The notes under the pieces were generated by a model, which saw nothing but the letters and a program-made list of their open reading frames with translations, was not told the origin of the DNA and made no database searches. DNA of 33,696 nt from Nemertoderma westbladi (taxonomy: Eukaryota > Animalia > Xenacoelomorpha), in NCBI GenBank assembly GCA_032718475.1, contig JAUCBJ010006137.1:1-33696 (forward strand). Reading direction: 5' to 3'. Below, in pieces: positions 31,716 to 33,696 of this stretch. How positions within the stretch are numbered: the stretch's first letter is position 1; the number at the start of each line of letters is the position of its first letter. The translations under genes were made by a program, and so were the position numbers.

Positions 31716-33696
31716 CTACTACGCACTTTTAAACTATACTACTGTACTACTACCCACTTTTTAAACAATACTACTACTACGCACTTTTAAACTATACTAC
31801 TACTACCACCCACTTTTTAAACAATACTACTACTATGCACTTTTAAACTATACTACTACTACCCACTTTTTAAACAATACTACTACTACGCACTTTTAAA
31901 CTATACTACTACTACCCACTTTTTTAACAATACTACTACTACGCACTTTTAAACTGTACTACTACTACCCACTTTTTAAACAATACTACTACTACGAAAT
32001 TTTAAACTATACTACTACTACCCACTTTTTAAACAATACTACTACTACGCACTTTTAAACTATACTACTACTACCCACTTTTTAAACAATACTACTACTA
32101 CATGTTTTTTAAACTATACTACTACTACGCACTTTTAAACTATACTACTACTACCCACTTTTTAAACAATACTACTACTACGCACTTTTAAACTATACTA
32201 CTACTACCCACTTTTTAAACAATACTACTACTACATGCTTTTTAAACTATACTACTACTACGCACTTTTAAACAATACTACTACTACCCACTTTTTAAAC
32301 AATACTACTACTACGCACTTTTAAACTATACTACTACTAACCACTTTTTAAACAATACTACTACTACAAACTTTTAAACTGTACTACTACTACCCACTTT
32401 TTAAACAATGCTACTACTACACACTTTTAAACTGTACTACTACTACCCACTTTTTAAACAATACTACTACTACGCACTTTTAAACTATACTACTACTACC
32501 CACTTTTTAAACAATACTACTACTACAAACTTTTAAACTGTACTACTACTACCCACTTTTTAAACAATACTACTACTACACACTTTTAAACTATACTACT
32601 AGTACCCACTTTTTAAACAATACTACTACTACGCACTTTTAAACTATACTACTACTACCCACTTTTTAAACAATACTACTACTACGTGCTTTTTAAACTG
32701 TACTACTACTACCCACTTTTTAAACAATACTACTACTACTGGCTTTATAAACTGTACTACTACTACCCCACTTTTTAAACAATACTACTACTACGCACTT
32801 TTAAACTATACTACTACTACTGGCTTTTTAAACAATACTACTACTACGCACTTTTAAACTAAACTACTACTACCCACTTTTTAAACAATACTACTACTAC
32901 GCACTTTTAAACTATACTACTACTACCCACTTTTTAAACAATACTACTACTACGCACTTTTTAAACAATACTACTACTACACACTTTTAAACTATACTAC
33001 TACTACCCACTTTTTAAACAATACTACTACTACGCACTTTTAAACTATACTACTACTACCCACTTTTTAAACAATACTACTACTACGCACTTTTAAACTA
33101 TACTACTACTACCCACTTTTTAAACAATACTACTACTATGCACTTTTTAAACAATACTACTACTATGCACTTTTAAACTATACTACTACTACCCACTTTT
33201 TAAACAATACTACTACTACGCACTTTTAAACTATACTACTACTACTGGCTTTTTAAACAATACTATTACTACGCACTTTTAAACTATACTACTACTACCC
33301 ACTTTTTAAACAATACTACTACTACGCACTTTTAAATTATACTACTACTACCCTCTTTTTAAACAATACTACTACTACGCACTTTTAAACTATACTACTA
33401 CTACCCACTTTTTAAACAATACTACTACTATGCACTTTTAAACTATACTACTACTACCCACTTTTTAAACAATACTACTACTACGCACTTTTTAAACAAT
33501 ACTACTACTACGCACTTTTAAACTATACTACTACTACCCACTTTTTAAACAATACTACTACTACGCACTTTTAAACTATACTACTACTACCCACTTTTTA
33601 AACAATACTACTACTACGCACTTTTAAACTATACTACTACTACCCACTTTTTAAACAATACTACTACTACGCACTTTTTAAACAATACTACTACTA
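31716..33696. repeat. 53-bp dimeric satellite (26-bp + 27-bp monomers), runs off the window end
   Basis: CTACTACTACGCACTTTTAAACTATA alternates with CTACTACTACCCACTTTTTAAACAATA; period 53 (e.g. GCAC at 31837 and 31890). Confidence 0.97.

Noticed and set aside
31716-33696. Telomeric repeat
   Set aside because: No TTAGG/TTAGGG-type unit; it is a 53-bp complex satellite.

Overview
Eukaryotic, most likely invertebrate animal, genomic DNA made almost entirely of transposons and satellites around one host gene, an intronless 1-Cys peroxiredoxin (PRDX6, minus strand, 20918-21577). The most notable element is a CR1/L2-group non-LTR retrotransposon (~13340-19531). Its ORF1 combines a SAP domain, a coiled coil, an SGNH esterase and two in-frame minisatellites. 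Its ORF2 is a polyprotein: a ~290-codon stop-free hydrophobic leader, a 2A/StopGo motif (DIETNPGP), APE endonuclease and a 3'-truncated RT. Other retroelements: a TSD-flanked RTE copy whose RT was deleted at a templated-hairpin junction, a second RTE fragment, a CR1/L2 RT fragment, a CRE-type RLE fragment and tRNA-derived SINEs. DNA elements: an internally deleted Academ remnant, several MITEs/foldbacks (one with nine GTTCTAGAAC motifs and a Merlin-like transposase fragment just upstream of PRDX6) and a 2.5-kb nested inverted repeat. There are three satellites (22-bp quasi-palindromic, 18/21-bp, 53-bp dimeric). Family names come from recalled motifs, not database searches.
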